DNA of 64,000 nt from Lytechinus pictus (taxonomy: Eukaryota): contig NC_087251.1 in NCBI RefSeq assembly GCF_037042905.1, positions 6,264,001-6,328,000 of the forward strand. The letters are read 5' to 3'. Within the stretch, counting starts at the first letter, position 1. Each line of letters starts with the position of its first letter. The notes below the pieces were generated by a model, which worked only from the letters and a program-made list of their open reading frames with translations, was not told the origin of the DNA and ran no database searches. The position numbers were made by a program, and so were the translations under genes. Shown one piece after another: positions 38,952 through 50,858 of the stretch.

Positions 38952-41381
38952 TAACCCAGCGGGCCGGAGCCCAGGGGGCTTACCGTGTTATTCACCATAC
39001 CTACGGTAGTACTAGTACTAGTAGCGTGAAGTATGGTCTAAACAATTATTCGAATAAATAGTTAAAACAGAAATTAAGCACTTGCCACGATTATATGGAT
39101 GAAGGTCTAACGAGTGGCAGCTTCCTCACTCGTCATCCCCGACCATTTGCCATACAGCAAAAGGTAGGGGATGGGACTAGTGGTATGTGAGCCGTACTCA
39201 TAGACAAAATTTGTTCTAAAAAATGTAAAAGTAAGACTAAGAGAGTTTGACTTACCAGTCTTTCCCCCCGAACCAAACGTTGATCTTCCTTCCGTTGTTG
39301 CTGTGATTTATCTTGGACTCAACGATATATTGTAATTTCTTTTAAGACTCTTCGGGAAATTGTCGGAATGTATGATGAAATTTGTCATGATCCTCAGCAG
39401 CGCATAGACTTCTACGTAGAGGATGTAATGCGCCCTCTTGTGCTCAATTAAAGAAAGCTAACGGAATCGACCACACCACTGACCTCTACAGAGCTGTATA
39501 AAAATGCTTCTCACCACAGATACCTGTTTCCGGTGATGCTTCTATTTCGGATCTCCGAGATCCAGCGATAGTAGTCTCTTTCTCCCCTGACACACAATAT
39601 TTTTTTAAATTATTTTATACACAAGAATGATTGTTGTAGCACCATCAGCTTAGTTTATTCTATAATGAACTGTATCTTGTCGTATGGTGAAAGGAAATAT
39701 GATGCCTTTTTTTTTGGGGGGGGGAGGGTTATTGCTTCTTCTCTCGATCCCCCGATCCCTCTCTTTTTGTTGAGTGCTATCATTGTAAGGGTTAATTAAT
39801 TATTAATATTATCATTTTGGTTTTCTATTATTTTTCATATTGTTGTGGAATATTCTTTTTCATCATCATATCACTTTTGTAAGCCCACATTTTGTACCGT
39901 CCTGGAATTAAAGGGTGAAATGTGAAAAGAATGAAAGGGGCAAGGAACTCAAGACAAAGTGATAAAACAGAACATAATTACTTTCCAATTTTTTTTAATG
40001 AGTTTCTTTTATTTATCCAGGATGGGGAGCACATCAGGCTCGTGCCCACCCCCTCGAAAGCCATAAAACAGATTTATTTTGCATTCATTTTGTTTGATAA
40101 TTTGTATAAATTGTTAATTTCATTTTATTGTAATCCTTTATGTTTGGATTTAAATCAATTAAATTAACTTGAAACTTCCCCGCCCTCCCCCTTGAAAATT
40201 TTGATCTGCCCCTAAATAGGCCTTTGTGGTAAGAGATTTTTTATTTTATTTTTTTTAATGAAAATCCTTTAGGATTGGATTTTAAATCAATGAAAACAAA
40301 CTTGAAACATCATACTGTATAGCGAGGAGCTTTTATCATAATTGTGATATTATTCGTTACATAAATCTCCTTCACGGGGGGGGGGGGGGGGGGGCTTGTT
40401 AATTTTTTCTGTAAAAGAAACCACCCCTCCCCCTTTGGAAAATCCTGGATTCTCCCCTGATTAGACCCACAGTAAAGTTTGTTATTCTGAACTTCTGTTA
40501 CATTAAAAATTGCAAATTTGTCTTGATTGAGGCTATCAAGACTTCCTTACCAGAATGCATTACGAGCAATGTTTCGTCGAAACCTCAATGGTCAGTGGTC
40601 CAAACGGGTTGATGAGCCTCTATGGTTTTGTGAGATCTTTTTTTCTTTTCGATTTGTCACTGTCAAACACCATAGACGTAATGGAGGCAGTTGGATGAGG
40701 TTCACGTAGAGAAATCGGTGAGTTTTTGTTCAATTTGTTACATTATAGTGCTTTATTTGATGGCCTTCCCGTCAAAATAACAACTTTAATCATATACTTA
40801 TTAAAGAATGCATTGATTCGCGATGCTTTAGGCAAGGGATGGGGGGGGGGAAATGAGAAATGTATATTTTAACAACAGAGAGGTATACAGCCGAGAACAA
40901 GGTTATATTATTACCTCCTTCGTAGGATGAGTGGCTTCCTGACATCGAGGCACAGACTGGAACCTCAAAAAACGAAAAGTTCTGTCGCGGTAGCTCTCCT
41001 TCTTTCAGAATTCATAGCAAAATGGCCGTTCGAGACCGGTACCGAGGGTGTAGGGCGCATGCGCGAATTTGACAAAGTCTATATGCGCTAGTGCTATAGC
41101 CTCGGTCTCGATCGGCCATTTTGTTTTGAATTCTGAAAGAAGGAGAGCTACCGCAACAGAACTTTTCGTTTTTTGAGGTTCCAGTCTGTGCCTCGATGTC
41201 AGGAAGCTGCCACTCGTTAGACCTTCATCCATATAATCGTGGTAAGTGCTTAATTTCTGTTATAACTATTTATTCGAATAATTATTTAGACCATACTTCA
41301 CGCTACTACCGTGGGTATGGTGAATTACACGGTAAGCCCCTGGGCTCCAGACCGCACAGCGGGCCGGAGCTCCCTGGGTTA
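38952..41381. mobile_element. Non-autonomous DNA transposon, 2,430 bp, long TIRs, 9-bp TSD (AcademH/MULE-like); ~1.8 kb of unrelated sequence interrupts the left arm
   Basis: Ends TAACCCAG / CTGGGTTA; CAGAAGAAG on both flanks (38943-38951, 41382-41390). Left arm 38952-39126 plus 40925-41038 mirrors 41103-41381. Confidence 0.82.
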
Positions 41382-41390
41382 CAGAAGAAG

Positions 41391-42295
41391 AAGCGAGACC
41401 TATGCACCCGGATGGATTTCCCTAGGAAATCCATAGGAAATCCATAGTGATAGTTAGAAATAAAGTTAGAGGGTGAAATCTGTTCGTACGGGTGAATTTT
41501 ATTTATCTATGAACCTTCATACGCCTACTGCGTATAAAGGGATAGAAATTATTTCACTTTTAATGGCAAAAATGAGAGGTTTCTTACCAGACCGATCTCG
41601 TGTAGATCCCTCAATCTGTTTGTCAACAAAGCAAAAGCAAATACGATAGGCCTGACCCTTGAACTGCTTCGTTATGACGTACCTTCGATTTGCGATGTTA
41701 CAAAATGCTGTTTGAAGAACAATTTATAGATAAAAGATATTATTTAACAAATACTAAAATTTAATACGTGATTATAAATAATTATTATAATACTAATAAT
41801 TATTTATCACATATTAAATTTTAGTATTTGTTAAATTAAAATTTTTTATTTTTAAGATATACCTTTTTCCTCAATAATTAATATCCCTTTTTATCTTGAA
41901 TATTGTAGTAATTATTGCAGATGTTAAATTATTATTCATACATTGTAGGCGCTATGGTTTAGCCCCTCTAAATATCCATTATTATTATTATCTATAAATT
42001 GTTCATCAAAACGGTATTTTGTAACATCGCTAATCGAAGGTACGTCATAACGAAGCGGTTCAAGGGTCAAGCCTATTGTATTTGCTTTGTTGACAAACGG
42101 ATCGAGGGATCTACACGAGATCGGTCTGGTAAGAAACCTCTCATTTTTGCCATTTATAGTGAAATAATTTTTATCCCTTTATACGCATTGGGCGTATGAA
42201 GGTTCATAGATAAATAAAATTCACCCGTACAAAACGATTTCACCCTCTTACTATGGATTTCCTAGGAAATCCATCCGGGTGTGTAGGTCTCGCTT
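41391..42295. mobile_element. Foldback/MITE with ~300-340-bp inverted arms and an AT-rich inner palindrome
   Basis: AAGCGAGACCTA...GGATGGATTTCC mirrored by GGAAATCCATCCGGG...TAGGTCTCGCTT; inner IR ~41740-41835; no TSD seen. Confidence 0.75.
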
Positions 42296-43345
42296 ATGCG
42301 TCTATGGGAGGGGGTTCAAGGCTTCGTGATGAAGAAGTATATGTCAAAATATTAGAAAATATCGCGAAGTCCTCAAGGCTAACACGTTTCTGTGTCTGAT
42401 ATGGATAATGAAAAAGAGAAGAAAAAAATGAAATTAATGATAATCGTTGAAGAAAAGAAAAGGAAAGAATGATAATTGGGCGCTAATACAGTTTCGAACC
42501 AGCCGACATCTGACTTTGTCTTCGACTCTTTCGAGCTGACAATATGACATTTTTTTGTAGTGACCTATTATTACCGTGATAAAAACAAAAACAACAAATC
42601 CAAGTGTTATAGACATAGCGTAGCACTGCACTGTCCACCCTAGACCAGGCCAGCAGCTCCTCCATTTTGCCTTCCCCATTGTCCACCCTGCAAAGAAAAG
42701 GTAGGCCTACACTAAATGTCATTGGAACGCTGCTGTAGAGCTAGAATGTGAGCAGAAAATAAAATATATTTGCCTGAAAATGTTTTATTAAAACCAGCTA
42801 CAGATGTGGAAGAAAGAAGGAAGTGACTTTGTGCTTGTGAAGTGTGCAGCATGAATTCAAGAACCCGCCCAGCACAAAATAACAGCATTAACAGTATAGC
42901 CTATATTTTGCAAAATGAAACTGATATATATCAGTTGGAGATTGAGTGAAAGATTCCTCAATGGAAAAGATGTTAAGTTTTAGATATGTTTCAGGGGCGG
43001 ATCCAGGATTTTTTCAAAGGGGGGGGGCACATTTTCTGAGGAAATATTAGATAAGCAAAAAAGAAAAAGAAAAGTTTTCAAACAAAATTTAAGGACATTT
43101 CGTCCTCGAAAAAGTTTGACAAGCAAACAAAAAAAAAGGGGGACACACTTCAATTATAACAGCATATTTACATTAAGAAATTTAATTGTGCCTCTCAAAA
43201 GGGAGGGGGGCATGGGCCGACTTTGCCCCCCCCCCCCTGGGTCCGCCAGTGATATATTTGATTTGGTTTGATTTTTAGCAGCAATTGTTAATACCTGTAA
43301 GTAGGATTACATCTCTCTTTCTTGTATTGTCTAAATCAAATGCAG

Positions 43346-43574
43346 GTTCGAGAGAGTAGAACTCTGCACACTTCTATGTGTCGAGCAGATAGGAATTATT
43401 ACTACATACCTACCTATCCCAAAGATGATCCAGTGCGAGATGAACCAAGGACAGAGCTCATTGAATCAAAGGAAGATTTTAAATTTGTAGAAAGATTACT
43501 TCCTTCAATGCAGATCCCTGCTGTTCCCAATCATTCACAATATCCTACTCCTTCAGGCTGGTCACCACCATCAG
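43346..43574 (+). CDS. MRPL49: MRPL49 exon 2 (VRESRTLHTSMCR...FKFVERLLPSMQIPAVPNHSQYPTPSGWSPPS)
   Basis: TGCAG acceptor and G|GTAATC donor; FVERLLP...YPTPSGW.PP is the MRPL49 signature. Confidence 0.93.
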
Positions 43575-44357
43575 GTAATCAATTTCTTCAAGACAAACAG
43601 AAACAATATTATTGTAAAAAGACTTAAATTGTTTATCTCTCTTTACTGAAGATGGAGATACAAAACCTTAAAATCTGGTATATTGGTGATGATTCTTGTA
43701 ATGGTCTGGTATTATTAATGTACATGGTAGTTCTCTTTCAGAAGATCACATCAGTTGTACTTAACTGAACTTTTTCTGAAACACTTACAGGATACATACA
43801 ACTAATCCGTCAATGTAACCCAAATGCAAGAACAAATGTATCTATCAACCATGCTATAGAGGATGTAAATCCCTCTCCATTAAAATGCTCTGAATCTCAT
43901 TCACTACATTGACATATTCTATTCAGTAGTAATGAAAGGTCTATTAACAGTGGTATTGTAGTTTTGGACCATGCTATTCATTTATTCGAGCTCTTATGTC
44001 AGATATATTGTAGTTCACCAGAAACAGAATATTTATTGGATATATGTTGTATATTTATTTCAATGTATCTTTATGAATATTCTGAAGTAGAAATCAGTGA
44101 GGTGTACTCAGTTACTTGTATAAAATGATAGTGGATGGTGATGACAATGAATAGAAGTACATGTGCTAGTAAATGGATACATTGCACATCAACAAAAATG
44201 CTTCATTTCAAATGTTTGTGTTGTCACTTGTCAGAGGCTTTTATCTATTTATCTTATTTCAATTTTTAGTCTGTTATAGTGTTGGAAACATATCATTTTA
44301 ACATTTTACTAATCATAACATTTTACTAATCATAACATCTTTCCTCTGTTTCTTTAG

Positions 44358-44482
44358 GTCCAGCATCAGATGTACCATACAGTGTTAGCAGGACACGGTA
44401 TCATCAGATACCTGTTTTCACAGAAACTAAGAAAACTACACAACACTGGACACTGGTCAAGAACATCAAGGGAGATATTTGG
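44358..44482 (+). CDS. MRPL49: MRPL49 exon 3 (GPASDVPYSVSRTRYHQIPVFTETKKTTQHWTLVKNIKGDIW)
   Basis: Polypyrimidine-TTAG acceptor and TGG|GTAAG donor; phases consistent; PY.V.R...IPV...I.GDIW motif (Img2/L49 family). Confidence 0.93.
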
Positions 44483-44576
44483 GTAAGAGTTATCTGTGTT
44501 GTTCTGTTCCTTTCTCTCTTCACTTGGTATCTCAGTCTAGTTGTGTATTGTGTCTAGGTTGCCTAGTTGTGTCTAG

Positions 44577-44762
44577 GCGTTTATCTACATTTGCCACTCT
44601 CGACCCAGGTGTAGTAAATGGGTACCCGGTAGGAAGGATTTCTTTGAATGCTCGATGCGCCCGATCAGGGTAGCCATGCTAAATCCGGGGTAATAGTATG
44701 CAGCGCTTAGAAACATCTGTATTAAGCGCTATATAAATGTTGCATATTATTATTATTATTAT
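44577..44762 (+). mobile_element. 5'-truncated SINE with L2-type tail in MRPL49 intron 3
   Basis: CTCGACCCAGGTGTAGTAAATGGGTACC body; AAGCGCTATATAAAT...(TAT)n tail. Confidence 0.65.
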
Positions 44763-44999
44763 GATTTTTATCCAGTAACCCCCTCAGCCTCTTGATGATC
44801 CATCAGTGTAATGACTGGAGAAAAGATACACTGCCCCAACTCCCCAGATTTGTGATTCTTTATTTTGTTTGTTAATTAAAAAAATATGATAATCTCACTG
44901 ATTTTCTATTTTGCCCCCCCCCCCCCTTTTGGAGAAATCTTATTACTCTGAATTTTGTATCATATATGCCTGTACTTTTTCCCTATCCTTTTATCACAG

Positions 45000-45146
45000 T
45001 TTTTGGCTGAAGCCCTTAGAGAGCACTTAGAGAAACAACAAGGAAAAGATATACCAGTAACAGTCAATGAAGTCACCATGAAAATTCGTTACAAAGGACT
45101 CTATGAAGACCAAGTCAAGCAATGGCTTATTGAGAAAGGATTCTAA
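45000..45146 (+). CDS. MRPL49: MRPL49 exon 4, terminal (FLAEALREHLEKQQGKDIPVTVNEVTMKIRYKGLYEDQVKQWLIEKGF*); spliced CDS 585 nt, 194 aa
   Basis: TCACAG acceptor; conserved C-terminal VNEVT..I..KG...WL.EKGF then TAA. Candidate AATAAA at 45668. Confidence 0.93.
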   Translation, partial: FLAEALREHLEKQQGKDIPVTVNEVTMKIRYKGLYEDQVKQWLIEKGF

Positions 45147-46135
45147 GACTGCTCTTGAAGGGAACAGTTAAGTGGTAATAGACTCTGACACTGGGGAGAC
45201 TAGTTGATGAAGATAAAATGATGTGCTGAACGAAAGAATTTCAAGGATTCCAAATTTATTTAGATCTGAGATTCATTCATCTTTAAGACTATGACATGCT
45301 TTGTCTTAATGTGCTATTCCAGCTTTGTGGATGCAGGTTTCAATTAAGTGACAAAAACTTAGTGAGATTAATTGTGGAGGAGTGTCAAAATCTTTGTTGA
45401 AGACCTTTGTGTAGGAGTCCACTTACACAATCCAGAGTCTGACATCTTCGGAAGAAAGTCTGACGACATTATGTAATTTACCTTGCTGTTTGCCAACAAG
45501 TTACACTAAATGATAAAGGTGATTGATGATCATGCATTAGAACAAAAGACAATGATGCAATGGATTTATCTTCAAACAGTTGCTTTAGTGTAATAGCAAT
45601 TATGTGTATGATGGTTCTTTTTTTCATACCATAAAAGGAATAACTTTTTAATATGCATTCAGATTTAAATAAAATGTGTGTAACAGCCAATATTATTTAA
45701 AACAAAAAAAATGTGTACTGTCCATTTGATATATTGATGATGTCTCAATATTGATAAGATAGTGGGATTGTTTGTTAAGTTCTAGACTAATCTGACTTGA
45801 CTGCATCTGTGCAATTATGTTAATATATTGAAGTATACATTGGAACAATTACTGGTATATTATACTACATCAGATTTGCACTTACAGCTGAGTCTGCCTA
45901 AGTTGAATCTCTTAAACCATATATATCTGTTCGACTTAGGCAAAATCAGACTACATGCTTTTCATAATCTTCTTATCGCAAAGAGTTTAATGTAGCTTAA
46001 AGGCGTGCTTAAATGGCAATGTGCACTCGGTATCTAATGTGTAACCTCATTAATGACTACACAGCAGTACGCATCCTCAAGCAGGATTTGACCAATGCAT
46101 TGATGCATTTAACCTGCATGCAACTATTAATTTAA

Positions 46136-47694
46136 AGGGATGGTCCGGGCTGAACGTATTTATAGATTAATAAATAGAGTAGAATTCACTGAGCAAAATA
46201 CCGACAATTTCATCGAAATCGGATAACAAATAACAAAGTTATTGAATTTTTGTCTCGCCTGCATAGCAGAGCGAGACTATAGGTGCCCCTTTTCCGACGG
46301 CGACGCCGGCGGCGGCGTAAACATCAAATCTTAACCTAAGGTTAAGTTTTTGAAATGACATCATAACTTAGAAAGTATATGGACCTAGTTCATGAAACTT
46401 GGACATAAGGTTAATCAAGTATAACTGAACATCCTGCCTGAGTTTCAGGTCACATGACCAAGGTCAAAGGTCATTTAGGGTCAATGAACTTAGACCATGT
46501 TGGGAGAATTATTTTCAAAATCTTAATCGAAGGTTAAGTTTTTGAAATGACATCATAACTTAGAAAATATATGGACCTAGCTCATGAAACTTGGGCATAA
46601 GGTTAATCAAGTATTAGTGAACATCCTGCTCGAGTTTCAGGTCACATGACCAAGGTCAAAGGTCATTTAGGGTCAATGAACTTTGGTCAAGTTGGGGGTA
46701 TTTGTTATATTACTATCATAAGTAACTTTGAAAATTTATGGATCTAGTTCATGAAACTTAGACATAAGGTTAATCAAGTATTAGTGAACATCCTGCCTGA
46801 GTTTCAGGTCACATGACCAAGGTCAAAGGTCATTTAGGGTCAATGAATTTTGGCCAAGTTGGGGGTATTTGTTGAATTACCTTCATAACTCTGAAAGTTT
46901 ATGGATCTATTTAATAAAACTTTGGATATAAGAGTAATCAAGTATCACTGAACATCCCCTGTGAGTTTCAGGTCACAAGGTCAAAGGTCAGTTAAGGTCA
47001 ATAAACTTAGGCCATGTTGGGGTAATTGTTGAATTGCCATCATAACTTTGAAAGTTTATGGATAGAGTGAATGAAATGTGGACATGGGTGTAGTTGACAA
47101 GTCTTAAGTCACCGTTCAAATGTCATCTATGGTCAATGAACGTGGTATTATATGAATGATGTTTTTGTGAATGATTATTTTATAGTAGTTTTCAAAGTTA
47201 GCACTGCTGCTATATTAAATCGCGTAATGCAGGCGAGACTGCCAGAGGCGTTCCACTTGTTAAGTTTAGCAATATTTTGTGAAAACAGTTGTCATGAATA
47301 TTCATCAGGTGGGTTGATGATGTCACATCCCCACTTGTTCTTTGTATTTTATTATATGAAATTAGGTTTATTCAAATTTTTTCCTCCAAGAACTAGAAAA
47401 ATTGGATTGACAACTGATTTAGTGCATTAGATATTTATTGCTGCAACTTATTTCATTATAAGGGAGACATATTATTCACACAAGTATGAAATAATGAAAA
47501 AATTACGATTTTATGTAATAACATAAGAAAACGGAAAGTGGGGATGTGACATCATCAGCCCACCTAATGAATATTCATGACGACTGTTATCACCAGATAT
47601 TGCTAAACTATAAACTTCAATAACTTTATTATTTGCTCAGTGAGTTCTACTCTATGTATTAAGATAAAAATGTTTTCAGCCCCGGACCATCCCT
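46136..47694. mobile_element. TTAA-flanked MITE (Kolobok-like)
   Basis: TTAA|AGGGATGGTCCGGGCTGAA ... TTCAGCCCCGGACCATCCCT|TTAA. Confidence 0.78.
46248..47261 (+). mobile_element. HINE/DINE-1-like element nested in a TTAA MITE; partial relatives at ~51740-52010, ~61350-61840, ~62200-62270
   Basis: TTTTGTCTCGCCTGCATAGCAGAGCGAGAC start, ~175-bp internal tandem units, GCAGGCGAGACTGCCAGAGGCGTTCCACTTGTT end. Confidence 0.7.
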
Positions 47695-48202
47695 TTAAGT
47701 ACGACTCCCAAGTCATTCTACAATCTTTGTGAAACCCCCCCCCCCCTTCCCCGGTCTGAAATATTTTTTTGACATACGTGATTATTTGACTTTAATAGAG
47801 AAAGTTGCCTTGTGCAGACTTAACTGTAAATTGTTTTTAGTACTGGTAATTACAAAACAAAGCAAATGATATACAGTGTATAATTATTATCACTTTACAT
47901 TCAATATGTTTCATCACAAATTCTAATAATCTTTTGTGTTTAACATTTCTGAATTATAGAAATTGAAGAAGAAGAAAAAACACAGAGACATAAAGTCACC
48001 TGAATATAGGTCAAAGAATAAATATGATTTGTTCCTATGAATCCATTCTTGCTTCTGATGAAAGTGTCAAGTATAGCTTCATGTACAGTATATGCTGATC
48101 AATATTTTTCAAAAAGTGCAGTTCAATTGGATATGTTGAGTACTCCAGAATATTTAAACAATTAGCATTTTTGTTAAGTGTGAGTAAGTCATTCATAATT
48201 AA

Positions 48203-48701
48203 AGGGGAAGTTTACCCTGACAAAAAGTTTATTGTAAAAATAGAAAAAATGATTTAAAAAATATTGCCGAAGGTTTGAGAAATATCCATCAAATAATTAA
48301 AAACTAATGATGATTTTAATTATTTGATTTGTGATGTCATATGTGAGCAGCATTTCTACATAGCGAATGGTAAAAAAAATCAATGAAATATAATTTTCTC
48401 AGAAAATTGAAAATGGTATTCGCTGTACCTTTTTGTATATCAATAGACAAATAATTTCACACTGGATCATGAAAAGAAAACAAAAATAAGTCATCAGGAA
48501 CCATTACAGAAATGAAATTAATGCATTTTATATTACATAACATATGGGGCAGCTGCTCGTTTATGACATCACAAATCCAAAAATTAAAATTCTAATAACT
48601 TTTTTAATCTTTAACGAATTTTCCTCAAACCTTCACCAATATCTTTTATTATTTTTTCTGCAATTTTTATAACAAACTTTTCTTCAGGGTGAACTTCTGC
48701 T
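48203..48701. mobile_element. TTAA-flanked MITE (Kolobok-like)
   Basis: TTAA|AGGGGAAGTTTACCCTGA ... TCAGGGTGAACTTCTGCT|TTAA. Confidence 0.7.
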
Positions 48702-50858
48702 TTAAGTCAACTATATAATTTAAGTCCTATTCTGAATATAGAATCAATTTCATGTAATTCTTGTTATTAATTAGGAAATCATTCTATTGAACAGTAAAAT
48801 TGAACCACTTCCAGAAGCATATGAAGTAACCTGTACTTTGCCTTTAACAAATTTTAATCAATTGAGTCCCATACTTAAGGTATGTTCCAAGAAATGGTAA
48901 TATTTGTAATTGACTTCAAAATGTAAATTTGCTTAATCAGATCAGCATCATCAGGGTCTCCCTCTCATGTCCCTGATCAGATCTATCTGTAATAATTATT
49001 TTGTAAGAATCGGACCAGCAATAAATTTCTTTTTCCTTTTTTTTCTTCAAAATTGGGACCTAAAATTGACTTGTTATTGATTGAAGAGTTTCTTGCATTA
49101 CCCCTTTTATTCATACAAATCAAAAGATATACTACAAGATCACTACATAAGTAATGACTCAATTGTCTATTTCAAAACTAAACTACTTACACGATGGATG
49201 GTCGGCTTTCTTGAATATTGCAAGTTTTATGATAATTACTGTTTTCCTTCAAAAGGAAAACGGAAGGTTTTGGGGCAATATAAATATTAGTCATTTGTTG
49301 GAACTGTATCTCTTTCTTAGAATACAATATGAATTCAAAGAAACAATCATTTGACTATTGGTCCTTTATTTCATGGAAATATGTTATTTTGTTAATTATA
49401 TTCTCAAGTGAAGAAATCCACTTTGATATTGTATTCAGTTTTTGAGAATCAATGTGACCAACACATCTAAGCAAGTCACCTTTTCATATCCTCATATATT
49501 TCTTTCTATTCCTTTTTTTTTATTATAATTTTTTTTAATAAAACTTATATATTAGGTTGGATTTATGAAAACAAAATCATTTACCACAGAAAATATACAA
49601 AAAATATGACATGCTTCATAGTTGCCAATTTGAGTTTGAATTTGTCCACACTGGTCTGCTGGGGACTGTTTCATGAAGGACTTAAATTTATGGTAACTTT
49701 GCCATTAACATAACTCATAATAACAGACTCAGCAGTCATCAAAATCAAGTTTCTACAGTAGTTACCATAGAAGAAAGTCTTTATGAATTGACTCCCTTTT
49801 TTTGAGGATTTCTTGCTATAACCAACAGTTTTTCATGATGTCAAGTTTGTTTTAAAAAAAAGCATGAAATGGGAGAATATTTTAAGTGAAGAGGTTCAAA
49901 AAATCCATCAGGGTTAAAAAAAATTGGATGTTCATGCCTCCATCCACTACTATTCTGACCATCTATCCATCCTGTTTTCATTCTCTATATTACTAAATGA
50001 CCGTTTGACCACTGCTGTACAGATGGGGGGGGGGGGGGCTCTTGCCCCAAAATTTTTCATGACCAAGAAAAAAAAGAGAAAAGGAAAGGGATAAGGGTGA
50101 AATATTATGTCAAACTTTATCACAAACTTGGATTTTTGATGCCATAGAAATAAAATAATAGATTTTAAAAGGAGTGTAGCTCTAAAAAATGAAAGGTAAA
50201 GTCACAATCTTTGTCAGTGCCCAATATGTTACAAAAAAGAAAATTCAATCAAAATCTATTTTACTGTCGTGAAAAACATGATCTGCCAAAGCAGTTTACA
50301 AGTAACCACTTTTTAATCAAGAAAGTATAAGAATGAAAACAAAAAATGAAATTGTGTGTGTGTTATTTGTAACCATACAGTTCCGGGGGGGGGGGGGATA
50401 TTTAAGTCTATGGTTATCATTTGGGTAGAGGTGCAACATGCTTTCCGGGAAGTTATTTTCCAAGATCATTTTGGGTAGTGAGAAATTCCGGGAAGTTATC
50501 ATCTACAGGACTGATATTATTTTCTGAATATTATGTCAAAATCTATCTCTCAATTGGATCGCTGTAATGAAAATGTCAAAAATCTTGCCCGCTTGCCTCA
50601 CTCGCTCGCAATTCTTTTACCATATTTCGCCCCCTCAAAATTTTTGGCTCATTACGGCACTGGGCCCTATTTTGTGAATAGAAGAGAAGTATAGAAAGAC
50701 TGGAGAACATTTGCATAATTCCGAGATATTATTGCAGGAACTTTCAGAGTAAATTTTGAAAAGTGGAGTACCGGTACTGCCGCAGATAATATTTTGGTGC
50801 TGCGGCATATACTGTATATACATGTATGTGCACAGTACAGCTGCAGTGTCATATCGTA

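Larger units (their letters stand above)
18248..42381. mobile_element. Giant composite non-autonomous DNA transposon (24,134 bp, ~90-bp TIRs, 9-bp TSD; AcademH- or MULE-like) filling MRPL49 intron 1
   Basis: Left end TAGCCTTGAGGACTTCG...CCCCTCCCAATGACGCATAA is the reverse complement of the right end TTATGCGTCTATGGGAGGGGG...CGAAGTCCTCAAGGCTA. ACACGTTTC flanks both ends (18239-18247, 42382-42390). Confidence 0.8.
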
